From contig NC_087251.1 of NCBI RefSeq assembly GCF_037042905.1, positions 48,796,001 through 48,860,000 of the forward strand: DNA of 64,000 nucleotides, in the 5' to 3' direction. This stretch comes from Lytechinus pictus (lineage: Eukaryota). The stretch's first letter is position 1, and each line of letters begins with the position of its first letter. Positions 28,522 through 42,044 of the stretch are shown here, piece by piece. The translations under genes were made by a program, and so were the position numbers. Under the pieces are notes generated by a model. It did not search any database and was not told the DNA's origin. It worked only from the letters and a program-made list of their open reading frames with translations.

Positions 28522-28827
28522 AGCCTTTTTTTCGCAATCGCGACGGGGACGGACTTTACAACACAGAAAATCTATTGAAAATGCCCGCCCAATGACAAAC
28601 AACTGCTGGAAGGTCTTTGTAGAAAATTGATGGACCGGGACAGCAGTTTCGTCCTGAGTTTTGGAGCTGACGAAAAATTGCAGATACGTCGTTTGTCCAG
28701 AGTTCAGGACGAAACTGCCGCTTTCATTCACCATATTTTGACAAAGACTGCATTATCATGAAGATTCTTTTGATAATAGATTTTATATGTAGTAGAATCC
28801 GTCCTCGTCGCGATTGCGGAACTCCCT
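28522..28827. mobile_element. Harbinger-like MITE immediately 3' of the GPCR #1 stop codon
   Basis: Arms CGCAATCGCGACGGGGACGGA / TCCGTCCTCGTCGCGATTGCG; same family as 16341-16643. Confidence 0.75.
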
Positions 28828-28854
28828 GTTAACAATGAGCAGACACGACCCTCT

Positions 28855-29154
28855 TTAATCTCTGCAAACGACAAGGGGATGCGAAATGATTCTGAAGACT
28901 GTCTTACGGAACAAAGGTTGGGATACTGAGTATGCGATGGGGTTGAGGAAACTGTTGGCATAAGTCAGCCAGGCTATGAAGATGTACCAGGTGGATGTGA
29001 AAAACCCCTGATGAAGAAGGGTTGGATTGATGGTAAAGATAACAGCCACGATGCTACTTGGTATCCAGGCTACGAAGAAGGAAATGATGATGAAGAGGAG
29101 CGTTCGAGTGGCTTTCCACATTTCACCCGTCGACTCCTGGCGAGATGTCTTGCC
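28855..29154 (-). CDS. Class A GPCR #1, coding exon 2 (TM6-TM7, helix 8); spliced protein about 393 aa
   Basis: Phase-0 acceptor CAG|GGC. Motifs KATRTL, FFVAWIP, WLTYANSFLNPIAY, FRKT, then TAA. A second in-frame CAG 15 nt downstream is a possible alternative acceptor. Confidence 0.9.
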   Translation of the reverse strand, partial: GKTSRQESTGEMWKATRTLLFIIISFFVAWIPSSIVAVIFTINPTLLHQGFFTSTWYIFIAWLTYANSFLNPIAYSVSQPLFRKTVFRIISHPLVVCRD

Positions 29155-29795
29155 CTGTTTAGGTTTATAAAAAGATAAAATTCGACCGTTCAATGGAAAG
29201 AAAATTAAAATATGTATAAATAAACACTTAATGCTTTTGTCGTTTGGCAAATTTGTTAAGGAGTCCAGATGATTTAAAAATCGTTAATTTGCAGTTCGAC
29301 AGAATTTTAACCCCCGAGATCGAAATTTTCTGTGAGCGTTTTCCGTGATTTGGTTTTATTTACCTTATAAAAATAAAAACAATGTAGATAAACAGTGTAC
29401 AAAAATGAAGAATAATTGCGAATACTTACAAGTTATAAAAACTTTTAACGATACGGATGGATCACTCACTTCAGAGCCATTGTAATGGCTCTGTTCTTCC
29501 TAAAGGTCGAGTGTAATTGGTGAGCCCTGATATGAGCACCAGCCATTGTTACTTTATTGATGATGTTTCCTGTCGTGGTCCTCTTATAGCAGTAAACCAT
29601 TCTTTTTCTTGTGATCCCTGACAGGATCCATTACATTAATTTTGTTCATGTCAGTAAGGGCGCGACAGTGGCTATGTTGTAAGGGTGCGCTCTTAATGCT
29701 TGTGAATAGTATTATTACCCTTGGAGTATTGTAATTCACATTGACAAGAAAACTTATAATATATAGTTTCGAAAACACAAACATGTCATACCTAC

Positions 29796-30677
29796 CTCAG
29801 TTTTCTTTCTAGATGGATTTCTTTGTTTTCCAGTTGTCTCGAGTGTTTCTTGCAATGGTTTCCTTCCCTTTTCTCCATCTGTAATGTTTGGGAAGTCTAC
29901 CCGACTAGCAACAGAGACGATGCCGACATCAAAAGTCGCCGAATCTTCCAGGACACTCGACCTGGGATTGAATTTCGCATTGACATTTCTTCCCTTGAGG
30001 GTCTGTTTGATCTTTGCGTAGATCCTCAAGTAGAGAGTTGAAACGACAATTAGGGGCAGAAACACCTGAAGAAAGATGGGCAAGATGGCAGGAATTAGTC
30101 GGTAAGAATAACCCGGAACGCAGTGACGGGTGTTGACGGCATCGACCACGAAGTCCCAGGCGGTTGCGTACAACAGCCAGAACCCGAGTCCGACGGTCCA
30201 AGCGATACTGTTCAAGATCACAGCCCTGCGTTTGCTTCTGGAGATGTAATGGTTGATCGGGTCGAATGTCGCTTGGTACCGATCCACGCAGATAACGACC
30301 ATACCGAGGTTCGATACCGTTGTCGAAGCGTTCCTGAGGCCAGTGTACACCCTACAAAAGTCCGTTGAGAATGGGAAATAACCGATGATTGAGTGTGCGA
30401 CGGTGACGGCTAGGAGTATGCCAGCTAGAAGATCGGAGATGACGAGATTGATGATGAAGTAGTTGTTGTAGGTGCGGAGTTTCTTCTCAATGGCAAAGGC
30501 AACTAAGCTGATGACATTGGCCGAGACCATCAAGAAATTGATCGTTACCGCTATTGCAATCTTTGAGATATTCGGATTTGACTTCCTTGTGATAGGTTCC
30601 ATCGTTGTTGTAGCATTAAATGTTGATATATTACTTTTCATGGTGCCCACTTCATTTAAGATTCCCGTGATATTCAT
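29796..30677 (-). CDS. Class A GPCR #1 (muscarinic/histamine H3-like), coding exon 1 (TM1-TM5 and ICL3), 294 codons
   Basis: N-terminal N-glycosylation sequons, KKLRTYNNYFIINLVISDLL, TM3 Cys and CVDRY, ECL2 Cys, TM5 FLP..Y. Phase-0 donor GAG|GTAGGT, with the exon ending at 29796. Confidence 0.92.
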
Positions 30678-31611
30678 GGTGCAGTATCGATATCAAGCTT
30701 ACAATGCATTAATAAAACACGCACAACATCAAATCGGTACTTTAAAAAATAGATTATTATCAAAGAAAATATTGAATTCTTGCAGTTTAAAAAATGCGAG
30801 TAGTTGTATGAATATGCTTGTTTCCGAAGTTAAATGCCTGGATAATTTGAGGACTGATGAGTATAGTACGAGAAAGATAAAAGTCGTCGAATTCATCTTT
30901 TCAATTTAGTACTAATGAAAATAATCATAGGGTCGATCAGGACTCTCACGTCCCCGGGGCTCCTCCCGTGCCATCACTATATGACACAAATCATCATGAA
31001 GCGCGTCCTCTCCCGTAAGTTTCTTTTAGGTTATCATAAATAGTTAATTGATTTTCATTTTTTTTATTTACTTCCATCGGAAGAAGGAGAAAGAACGAGT
31101 TCAATCAATAATTAATAAAGGCAAGTAAACTTATTTTCGATTATTAACTTCCACTGAAAGAAGGGGAAAGGCCGAATTGAATTAACTCAAATTATTGAGG
31201 GCAAATATTTGGTACTCTTTCCAATCCGCGCCATTTTTTTTATTACAGATTTATTAACAATGGTACAAATTCAGATACTATTATGCAGTGGTATAAACAC
31301 AATGTCATGTCGTCAATTTCGCGATGGAGCGGGCGCCAGCGGCCGGCTTTCTTCAAATTATACACTTTTAAACGAAAAGAAAAATGTTATATACTGCCTA
31401 TATTTTTATTTATCATTCATTATACAGTTACATAAAACGCTGAGCTTTTATTTTCACAATAGCTTGTAATTATGACCTTGCATCAAGTATAATGCTCAAC
31501 TGCTTATATCAGTTATAACCTTTCAACGTTTTGCTCGTTCTTATTGTTGTGGTTTTTTTCTTCGAATTTATTCATTGAATAGCAAATCATTATTTCAGCA
31601 ATTCATGAAGG

Positions 31612-31613
<2 letters not shown>

Positions 31614-31696
<83 letters not shown>

Positions 31697-31715
31697 TATG
31701 TGTGTGTGTGTGTGT
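31614..31715. repeat. (TA)n(TG)n microsatellite
   Basis: Directly visible. Similar (TA)n tracts occur at about 34840-34910 and 54740-54945. Confidence 0.95.
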
Positions 31716-34700
31716 TTTTTTTTTTTATTGATTTCATCAACATAAAATTTAATTTTTAAAAATGAATTGTATCTTTTCCAATATTATTCATCTTTATATA
31801 CAACAATGTATGAAATATTATCGATAGATATGACTCAATGAAAGCAATTATAAATATGACAACGCACTACACACAAACAAACACACCCACATATACCCAA
31901 CCCGCCCGCTGTCCTCCCTCCCGCAATGCTTTCATTATTTTGTTAAAAATATTGATCTTACATCCTCATCACACGAAACATGCTAGATGGGACGAACGAA
32001 AGGCGGTCAAATGAGATCAGACTGAACAGTCATTGGTTATTCAAAACTGTACAAATATTGTGCTCGATTACCTCGAATACCGAATAAGTGTGACGGGGGC
32101 TTTATGTGTTTGAATTTGAATTTCCAATAAATTTCTTAGTTTTGGTGAAAAAAGATGTGTTACAAAGGCCATCATGAATGAATATTTTGTCAAATTTACA
32201 CTGGAATAGGTTTTCTTAGCTTTGAACGTCGTTTCTCCGATTTCATATTTTCGGTTGCCTTTGTTAGGTTTGTTATGTTTATAAGGACAAAACAAATGAG
32301 TCACGCTAAAATTGACCTGACTAGTGCAAATGGTATCATCCTGAATAACAATAAACTGCACGTAGATACATGTACATACATTAATAAGAAATACATCGGA
32401 AATATTAATCGATTTTACTATCCTCGGCTCAAAGTCCCTTATAATAAAATTACGTCACTGGTGTAAGACAACCTTTTACTTGTTTTATGCTTCACTGTAA
32501 TTTATTTATAACAGGAAATTTATATACAAAATAAGCTCCCTGGAAGATAAATTTCTCATTTCATTTTTTAAGAACATCTCTAACGTTAATGAATGCATTT
32601 CTCTTTTGCGAACAAGCTATTGAATAATGAAAATTCGATTTTGTTTCAATCGACCAACATTCTTCACTCACTCATTCTGTTTATAGTAGTCACGTACGAT
32701 GCTAACGATTTATCTGCAAAACAACAGGCATATTAAGAGCAATATTATTAAAAACTTTATCTTTATTTATTTTATTTTATTCGGAATGTCATTGTCCAGA
32801 TCTACTTAACAAAATTTATACAAAAGCTGCAAATATACACTGTATACAATGGTTTTGTTCCCTCTGTATTTGTGATCCCTAATTAATGAAAGTTAGCCAT
32901 TAGTTTAAACAACATAATATTCTTAAAATACCTGGTATATAGGTCATGGAACAACAGTTTTCACTTCTGCCACCACGTGTTTGCATGTACATGTGGCATA
33001 TATGTGGAAAAAAATACATTTTTTATTAAAAAAAGTAAAAATAATACGTTCAAAACCATCAGGAATATCGCTAGAGCGTATATACTTGGATGCACGCAAA
33101 CCTCTTGATGATGCAAGTGGTGCGGTGTGCCGATCTACTACACGCCCTTCAAACGCACACCCACACACACTAGGAAATGTCGTTTCCCGTGAACTTTAAA
33201 ATTCATCCTGTGTATGTGAAAATCCACTTGCTAAATGTGGACGCCTCCTCCGGTGTGTGAAATGTCACTCAATAATCGTGGACCTCACTCACTACCCTTG
33301 CAACGTATTTTTTTCGCTTTTGCCAAATGCATGTCTATATGCATTCGTCAGCACTGTTACCGCTGAACCGTGGACAGTCCACGGTTCGAGGGTGTCCTCG
33401 AATCTAATGTGTTTCAGATTATATAGGGTCCACGTTGCTGTTGGTAAATATATGACAGTAAATCCCCTTCCCAATAAAACACACACATAATTTAAATTCT
33501 ATTACAGTGAATCATCAGCACTACAGTGAAATGTTTAAGGATGTTTTATCATTTATTGCACCAACCCCCTCCCTTTATTTATATATCTTTGTAGCGGCTA
33601 AGAATTCACGATGACAAGATTCATCAACAAAAATATTGGGCAAATCAAAAATGTCTCATAGGCATATAGAGATGATTTAGTGAAAATACTTTAGATTCAT
33701 AATTAAAAAAAACACCATACGTCAGAATAGAACATTTAAAAACACCACCCCAATAATTTCAAAGATGCATATTTAACCCTGATTAATCTTCAAATACTTG
33801 TCATTTTAGGAGGTTGCATTTTTCATGAACCTTACATTGGGGTCTCATTCAGCCAATCTAATTTCATTAATTTAGATAATTGTCAACTCTTTTATAATTT
33901 CATCAAAGGGCATTTTCACACGTGAATCTTGAATCATCATTGTAATGATGATTGCTATTGTAATCTTGACTTTGATTAGCGTTCGTAATTCTCATCATGT
34001 TCTAGTTTGGTTTCACGCGTGTTAAATATTCGTCATTAGCCTTATTGTTCACAGGAATCATTCAAATTACGATTCTTTTACCGTGTAAAAGGGCGGTAAC
34101 ACTGAAGAAAACATTTTCAGCGAGTGAAAGCTCCACCTGGGAGTTCCACAGGGAGCACTTTTATCTTTTCTTTCATGAAACATTGTTTTGTACAATGTAT
34201 CACATGCTTATACCTCGTTCCCAAATGTACTATGATCCGTTACGAACGCCACTATTGTTTTTACGTTGCTGATTGCTAAAAAAAGATTAACCTTTCAAAC
34301 ACTTCCAAAAGTTTTCTAGGATCGATACGATTACCACGACCAATCTGATACGATCTGATTCCTTCACTACGATTATTTCACGATTAAGACCACGGTTTCA
34401 ATCTTGACGTGTTTGTGACAGAGTAAACTCGGTCAAAATGTAAGATCAGTGATCCTCCTACCGATAACACCACACACTACACTCTTAAATAGGATTGGTC
34501 AAGTAACCAATCTCTTGGTGAAACAGATCGAAATTCTGTTAGATTCTTACAAGCAAGTTTGTTGAATTTTACCATTTTTGTCAGCGGACACAATGTTCAC
34601 CAACACACTGGCTATATTAAACATTCCTTTTAAAGATTGTTCCATTTAAAACTGCTGCGGTGCATTCCTTTCTGGCATTAGCCATACTTTGAAGGAACCT

Positions 34701-34838
34701 GTCACAATGATAATTCTGGACATTTGCTAGATAGTATTAATGTAAATGAAAAGAAAGTAAAATAATGCCGAAAATCTATATAGAACAAACAACGCCAGCT
34801 GAACAAATTAATATATAAGGTACATTAAAGAAAAGTGC

Positions 34839-34877
<39 letters not shown>

Positions 34878-34959
34878 CATTTATATATATAATATATATA
34901 TATATATATGTATTTACGGTTACAGAGTTATTTGTCATAAGTAAACTTTATACGTCCAC

Positions 34960-35161
34960 CTCAAAATGACCTTTGACCTTACCATGTGACCTGCGACTGC
35001 ACTGTAACATGCAGGTCCCTTAAGTACATCTACAATCCAAGTTTGGTTGGAAAAAGACTTAATGTTGCAAAGTTATGTGTCATAATGTTTGTGACGGACG
35101 TACGTCGGACGACATTTAGATCCCTTAGTCTCGCCTTCACGTCTGGTGGGCGAGACAAAAA
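34960..35161 (+). mobile_element. 3' end of a Helentron/HINE-like (rolling-circle) element
   Basis: TGACCTTTGACC core, short GACG repeats, terminal stem-loop GTCTCGCC...GGCGAGAC followed by an A-run. Classification is from general architecture only. Confidence 0.55.
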
Positions 35162-36724
35162 GTGCCTTAATTCGGCATGTTAAAATGGAAAGGCTAGATT
35201 CATTTTTTTCTATATATCTATGTACAAATGAAAACATTCAGTCCATTTGTCAAATTTCCTTCCAATTCAAATGACTAAATTTGTTTTCTTTTCAGGTTTT
35301 TCCTTGAAATTTATATCCACTTAACAGGACCAGTATCACAAAAACCCCGGGTATAGGGAGAATGATATCCTATAAGGTCCTGGGTACATATTGATATTTG
35401 GGACCTTTCGCAATCCTCACGGATTAGGGTCCCCTAACACAAAAGTTAACGCTTAATCATACACTTGATTTTTAAGATTGATTGTGCATTATAGTCAATA
35501 GAATCAAACGTAGAAAACTGCTCTACAATCAATGCTAAGCTTTGTGTTACAGGGGGGTTACAGGCCCTACAGATCTGATTTTCGTGTGCAAAATCCTCTT
35601 CCGCGACACCCGCACCATACATGCATGTATATTACGACTGATGGCTGGAGATATTCGAAATGCAGACCTAAAATAGATTATGAAATGGATAAGAAAGTGG
35701 TTTTTCAAACAAATCGAGTACATATTGAGTGAGGAAAAACTTACTGAATGAAGGCTTAGATATAGATCATTACAGTCCATCGAATCGATATTACATTTAA
35801 TGTGGATTATTGGTGTATCACTGGCAATTGATTTCATGGATCAGATGAACCTCTCCAGCCGAACATTTCGCGTGAGTTGATATGTGCACACCGTATGCAA
35901 TACGTTTGAACTCGTTTCTTTTTGTTTCTTTTGTTTCTTTTGTTAGCTTCTTCTACACAAACGATATGCCTCTCGCACACGATGTAATGGGCATTATGTT
36001 TTACTTTCCCCAGAAATGGGGGATTAGATTCAAATTCCGGGGAGACCACTTCCATTGATGAGTGGATACCAGGCACGACCATGGGGTTTCGAAAAGTACC
36101 CTAAACAAGGGAAGTAATTTTTTTCCAGATTATGAAAATGCATCTCTTAACAAGAATTTGGCTTGTGAAACCCTACAAGTATTGGATATATATCCCTTTT
36201 TGTCAGCATTTTAAACCTCGTTTTGACACCCTTATAACGTTACTTGGGCCTATACGTAACGTACCTGCCCACTCTGTCCCCTTTTACGCGTGGTCGCTCC
36301 TGGTATCCACTAATCAATGGAAGTGGGCCCCCCGGGCGGCCTCTTGAGCTCTGGGAGGAGTCAAATGTGGCTTTGGAAAGTTGTCCTCAATCGGATATAT
36401 CGCTGTTACCATAGTAGCAACCAGAATTTTGCACACGAAACGCATATTGAATGTTTCCGTCGCAGATGCGAAACGAAAAAAAAATCTAATGTCACACAAT
36501 TTGCATTGCAAGACAGAGTTTTACGACCATGATGACGGGTCTAAAAAGTCTCTTCCAAAATCATCTAACGTCGTTAATAAGCGTGCGCGTCCTCAAACGA
36601 AAGGTCGGGATTGACAACTTAAAAGTGACAGGCCCCTTGTGTGCCTAAAATAACTGACAAAACGTTTTACATGTGTCCAACAACAGATGGTTGTATTAAT
36701 TGATGGCGAATGGAGTGTGTCGCT

Positions 36725-37030
36725 TCAGTGGCAGTACTTCTGCGGTCTGCAGATCAAGTCCGATACGGTACGGCGGAACAGGGTTTGGGATGCTGCGTAA
36801 CATATTGGATTGAAGAAGCTATTCGCGTAGCGTAACCACACGAAGAATTGACGCACCGCGGCTGGGAACGCGCGCACCAGAAGAAGTGCAGGGTCGATTG
36901 CAAAGAGGAGATAGATGATGGCGTTTGGAAGCCAGGCGATGATGAAGGATATGATGATGTAGGACAAGGTCCGGTTGGCTTTCATCATCTCGTTCTTGGA
37001 CTCGCGGTCGGCCCCTGTCTTGGTCGTCCC
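36725..37030 (-). CDS. Class A GPCR #2, coding exon 2; spliced protein about 386 aa
   Basis: Phase-0 acceptor CAG|GGG. Motifs KANRTL, FIIAWLP, WLRYANSFFNPICY, FRRT, then TGA. Intron position and phase match paralog #1. Confidence 0.9.
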   Translation of the reverse strand, partial: GTTKTGADRESKNEMMKANRTLSYIIISFIIAWLPNAIIYLLFAIDPALLLVRAFPAAVRQFFVWLRYANSFFNPICYAASQTLFRRTVSDLICRPQKYCH

Positions 37031-37844
37031 CTGTAGGCGATTAATCAAATTAAGAGCAGAATTATTGTTTAATTATGTTTTTGTTTTTTATTATAAGACC
37101 GGCAAATAAGCATTTTGAGTTCAACATTACAAAAATATCAAGGTATGACATCTTGGCAAAATATTCAATTATTAGAACGTCCACTGACAACAGCAAAATG
37201 ATACGAACTCAAGTTTATGTGTATTCTATTATATGTACCACTACCATTCTATTATATGTACCACTACAAGCAACAAGACAAGGGGCAATGTCACATTTAT
37301 TAGGGGCATTTGTACAACAGAAGTTTTATGAACACAGTCATCATAGTGTAGACGCAAGTTTGCTGTAATTTATAATTGTTATAATTGTCATTTGTTACAA
37401 AACATGAGGGAGCGAAGCTCAAGATCACTGATAAGATTTTTTTCTTAGCCTTTTTTCTTGAAGGTATACCGCTGTTGTCGACAAGGGATGTGTTAATGTT
37501 CCTTGTCTTCTTTCTTTGGGTTTGTTAGTTTTGCTTGTTTGCTTTTCTTCCTTTTCTCAACTTATTTCTTCCCTTTTTTTTCAATCGTTATTCCCGCCCC
37601 ACATGCAATGAGAATCGAATTGTGTTTTCATGTTCCATTCTTGTTTAGAAATTTGTATGACTTCCCTAACTGCACATGTTATCACGGGCTACCTAAAGAT
37701 AAATGGGGGCTTAGTAAAATTGTCATATTTCACACTTATTGCCGTAGGAGTGACAACCCTTCCTCTTTCTTTATCTCTCTCTTTCTCTTAAAAACACGTT
37801 TTGTCGAAACAAGTCGAGCAGACATTAAAACACATAGGCCTTAC

Positions 37845-38699
37845 CTTTTCTGCTTCGTGCCTGCCTTTGAAAGGCACTACGTGTTCGTCTGACTTCAACC
37901 GAGTGTTGTTGCCGCTGCTGCTGTTGGATGACTCCACGGAACCTTCTCCTATCGTCACGTCCTGCATCCCATCCTCGAACTTCCGACTGACACTTTTTCC
38001 ACCAATCGTGGCCTTTATCTTGATATAGATTCTGACATAGAGCAAGGAGATGATCACCAGAGGAATAAAGAAGGTGATGACGTTTTGCATCAAGTTTGGG
38101 ATAGGGTATCTGACGTAGGCCGCAAAACAGTGCCGAGACGAATCTACATCCACTATGAAGTCCCAGGCCGTAGAGTAAAAGAGCCAGAAGACAAGACCAA
38201 CCACCCAGGTTAAAACGTTCATCACCATAGCCTTCCGTTTACTCCTGGAGATGAAGTGGTTGATAGGATCGTAGGTTGCTCGATGACGGTCGATGCAGAT
38301 GACGACGACCTCCAGGATGGAGACAAAGAAGAGCCCCTGGCGACAACCCAGGTAGACCTTGCAGAATCCTTGAGAGAAGGGAAAGTACCTGAGGAAGGTG
38401 TGGGCGACGCCAATGATCTGGCTGATGCCTATCAGGAGATCAACCACCACCAGATTGATGATAAAGTAGTTGTTGTAGGTTCGTAAACGTCGTTCGACGA
38501 CGAAAGCGGCCAAGCTGAGGAGGTTGGTCACAGAGATCAGGATTACGACCAGGATGCCAAGGACTAATCCTTGAATATCGACGCTCATGGAGGAACTTAC
38601 TGGGGAGCCATCGTCTTCTGTAGCGATGTCCGTGGCGTTGTCGAAACCGCCCTCTTCGTATAAAAATGTGTACGTATCATTTGCTTCATTGTTTTTCAT
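37845..38699 (-). CDS. Class A GPCR #2 (tandem paralog of #1), coding exon 1, 285 codons
   Basis: Motifs RRLRTYNNYFIINLVVVDLL and CIDRH; ATYDPINHFISRSKRKA is near-identical to the paralog. Phase-0 donor AAG|GTAAGG, with the exon ending at 37845. Confidence 0.92.
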
Positions 38700-41222
38700 A
38701 TTGTACTTTCTGCTGTTTTGTCACGATGACTAGTGTCGTTCTATCCTCTTCTGAAATAGGTAGCAGTAAAAAGTGAATTTGGTAATGTACTAAAACTCCG
38801 GAGGTGTAGGTGACGTGGTTGTACTTGTTTTAAAAAGCGAGAGTGGAGTCGTAGTGTTGATGTCCATTATTTATACTTTTTGTAAATCAATGAATCCATC
38901 ATCTGAGGTTCAGATTTTGTTGTGAACTCCCGACTTTAACCGAATTTGACTAATGGGAAACTTTGGATCAACTCTTTCCAGTTGTGCTTTCATTTCAATG
39001 AGAGCTGTTTACACTCCTCATTTTTATGTATTTTCTAGGATTTATGGGAATAATACAAACGAACGTACAGCTCTCTGGTAGAATCGAATTTTCCATTCAT
39101 TTTATTGAGCCATATACGATCAAAAAGTAAATACTGAAATAAAAAATGATTAAGGGTAGGCCTAAAAGAGCAAAGTATAAATAAAAACAGCATAACAATC
39201 AGTTCCTCCAAGATTATGATATTTGTTAGATTATGCCCTACTTTCATTCAGACAAATAAACGAAGTCAATTAATTTTCCATTTGGATTTGAGGACTTTAA
39301 AAGGTTGACTTCCAACAAAGAAACCTTTCTGGCAAAATCATCGAAGGTTATTCTTTTGTCTGTATAAAAGGGCACCACTTTGCCAGGGGAGTTCTGGAAG
39401 GTGATACCAGCATTGTATAAAAAATACTTTTTCATATGCCGATAGTTCTTCGACCTGTATTTTTGTTATTCGTCATCCTCTATATGTTCAATACTATACT
39501 GAAGGTCATACTTCAACGAGTCATTCCGATTCAATGTGAACTAGAAGTCGAGATTTAATTCATTAGCATTGTGGGTTTTTTTTTATTCAAAACATATCTT
39601 TTATATACCATTGCTTTGATGATGACGTTAATAAAAAAAAGAAAATTTGAGCACGGAATTACCGTGGCCCTTTTATGTCTAGTTTCCATGTAGTGCAGAA
39701 ATCGTCTAATCGAAAAATATTTTTAAAATATTTCCTGCTGTGAAGAGAGACAGCCTCGTTCTCATTAATCTTTCTATTCTATGTATAATCTATCTCCCCA
39801 CCTATATCTGTCTATATTTTTAACTATCTATCTCTCTCGGTCTCCATCTATCTATTTATCTTTCTTTCTTTCTCTTTCAATCTCCCATTTCCCTCTTCCT
39901 CCCACCCCTCCCTCTCTTTCTTTCTCCCTATTTCTATCTCTCTCTCACACACACTTACACTCTCTCAAGGTCCTCCAATGCTCTTTTCTTTTCCGGCTCT
40001 CTTGCTTAAAGGTCAAGTCCACTCTAGCAGCAAATTGATTTGAATAAAAAGACAAGGAAAGAAAAAAAAAATTTAACCCACAGATTTCATTAAATTTAAC
40101 AAGAAATTAATGCCATTCTTTTAACTTTGCTTTTATTTCACGCCAACGCCGTAATAAATTTGATCAGAAGTAATCATACCCACAGGAAAATTGTAGCTTG
40201 GTAAACTTTTCATAAAAACGAGATGGTAACTTTTTATTGGTACTTGACATGTTTTCCTACAGGTACAGATTGGTTCAAATAACAACTGTTGGTTAAAACA
40301 AATGTCATGCGAAATGAATTTTGATTTTTAACCAACAGTATTATAGGTAGGATCATACTTTAACCAATTTGAACATAACATCTGGTTGAAACAAAAATTG
40401 CATAAGAAATAAACTTGGATTTTGTAACCAACAGTTGGTAGATTTTTATTTTAATCAATTTTGGGGTTGGTTAAACAAAAATTCTGAGTATACAGAATCA
40501 CACTAGATGTATATTGTATTAATTTTATCATGTATTTACATCTTTATCAGAAATATTTGAAATATGCTTTGATAATGAGACGGGAACATCCACCGCTCAA
40601 CAGAGGTAACACATTTTTTTATTCATTCATTTATTTATGTATTTATTTATTTAAAAATCTTTATACAGGATAATTATGTTCAGATAATATATACATGTAC
40701 AATGTTATTCAACATGGTTGACATGAAGAAATATCCAACAAAAACAATAAATTCAGATAAAGTAGAAACAGACTGAGTGATATAGGTATTAACAAACATA
40801 GATATTAACAAACAAAAATACATGTACACTGGGTGATAACTACTAAATTGAAGATTGAAAATATAAGTTTGCATAGAAATATATAGAATGGAGAGCGGAG
40901 AAATTAAGAGAAGTGTGTTTTCGTGTATTTCCTTTTAAAACTATCAATTGAATTTGCATTTTGGAGTTCCGAAATGAAACTATTCCGTATACATTTCCTC
41001 CTGCATATTCTAAACTATTCTTAAAACTTATTTATAGGATGAGTACGACATCGGCAATTTTTCTGCCGTCGATTGTGTCTCTTCCAAGACAGTCTATCTA
41101 ATTTTCCTACAACCAAGGGCCCGTAACACAAAGCTGAGCAATGATCGGAGAACATATATCTACGACTGATTGCATTGACAACAATTTAAATCATGACCTT
41201 TGTGATACGGGGACCGAGTGGA

Positions 41223-41560
41223 AGAGCCATGGTGTAGTGGTTCTGACTCTCGCCTTATAAACAGAGGGTCGTGTGTTCGAATCCCATCGCCGTCTAGCGT
41301 CCTTTGGCAAGGCGTTAATCCACACTTTGCCACTCTCGACCCAGGTGCTAAATGGGTACCCGGTATTGAATGTTTGAATTCGCCAGCGCTGTATATAATG
41401 AGGCTGCGATGAATGCAAGGAATGATCCCCAGGGAGTGGAAATTGTGCACTTTTCGTGCGGGATTGAAATAAATCCAATGACCGGGGTAATAATATGCTG
41501 TAACACGCTTTGAGTCATTCTGGGAAAAGCGCTATATAAAAATTTGCTATTATTATTATT
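41223..41560 (+). mobile_element. Intact tRNA-derived SINE with L2-type 3' tail
   Basis: A box TGGTGTAGTGG, B box GTTCGAATCC, core CCCAGGTGCTAAATGGGTACC, tail CGCTTTGAG...AAAAGCGCTATATAAA followed by (TAT)n. Confidence 0.9.
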
Positions 41561-42044
41561 AGTAGTAGTAGTACGACTAATAATCTAATCTAATCTTTTG
41601 ATCTAATTGCCACTAAGTCTATGTACAATATCGTCAAATTCCTATTTCGAATATGCCCATTTCGTCTATAGGCTTACCCACTTTGTTTTAGACGCCCAAT
41701 CTATTGAGATACAGATACTGTTTGTGACTAAAACTGCTCAAACCTGTAATTCTTTAAAAATGTGGTTCGAATATTCCGTTTTCAACTCTGGAATATCAAG
41801 AAATCTCAGCTCGCGCTTTGCGCTCTTATTTTTTTTATTTTTGGGATGCATGAATTATCCTCTTCATAGATTCCAACATAAAATACTTCAAATTTCCCTA
41901 TTTTTGCTTAGCATATTACAAAAAAAAAATCAGCTGGCGCTTCGTGCTTTAACTTCTTTCTTTAGAACTACCCCCAGAGATCGAAGTTAATATGTTTTGT
42001 AAGGATATTAATAAAAGTAATAACAATTTCAATATATATATAAA

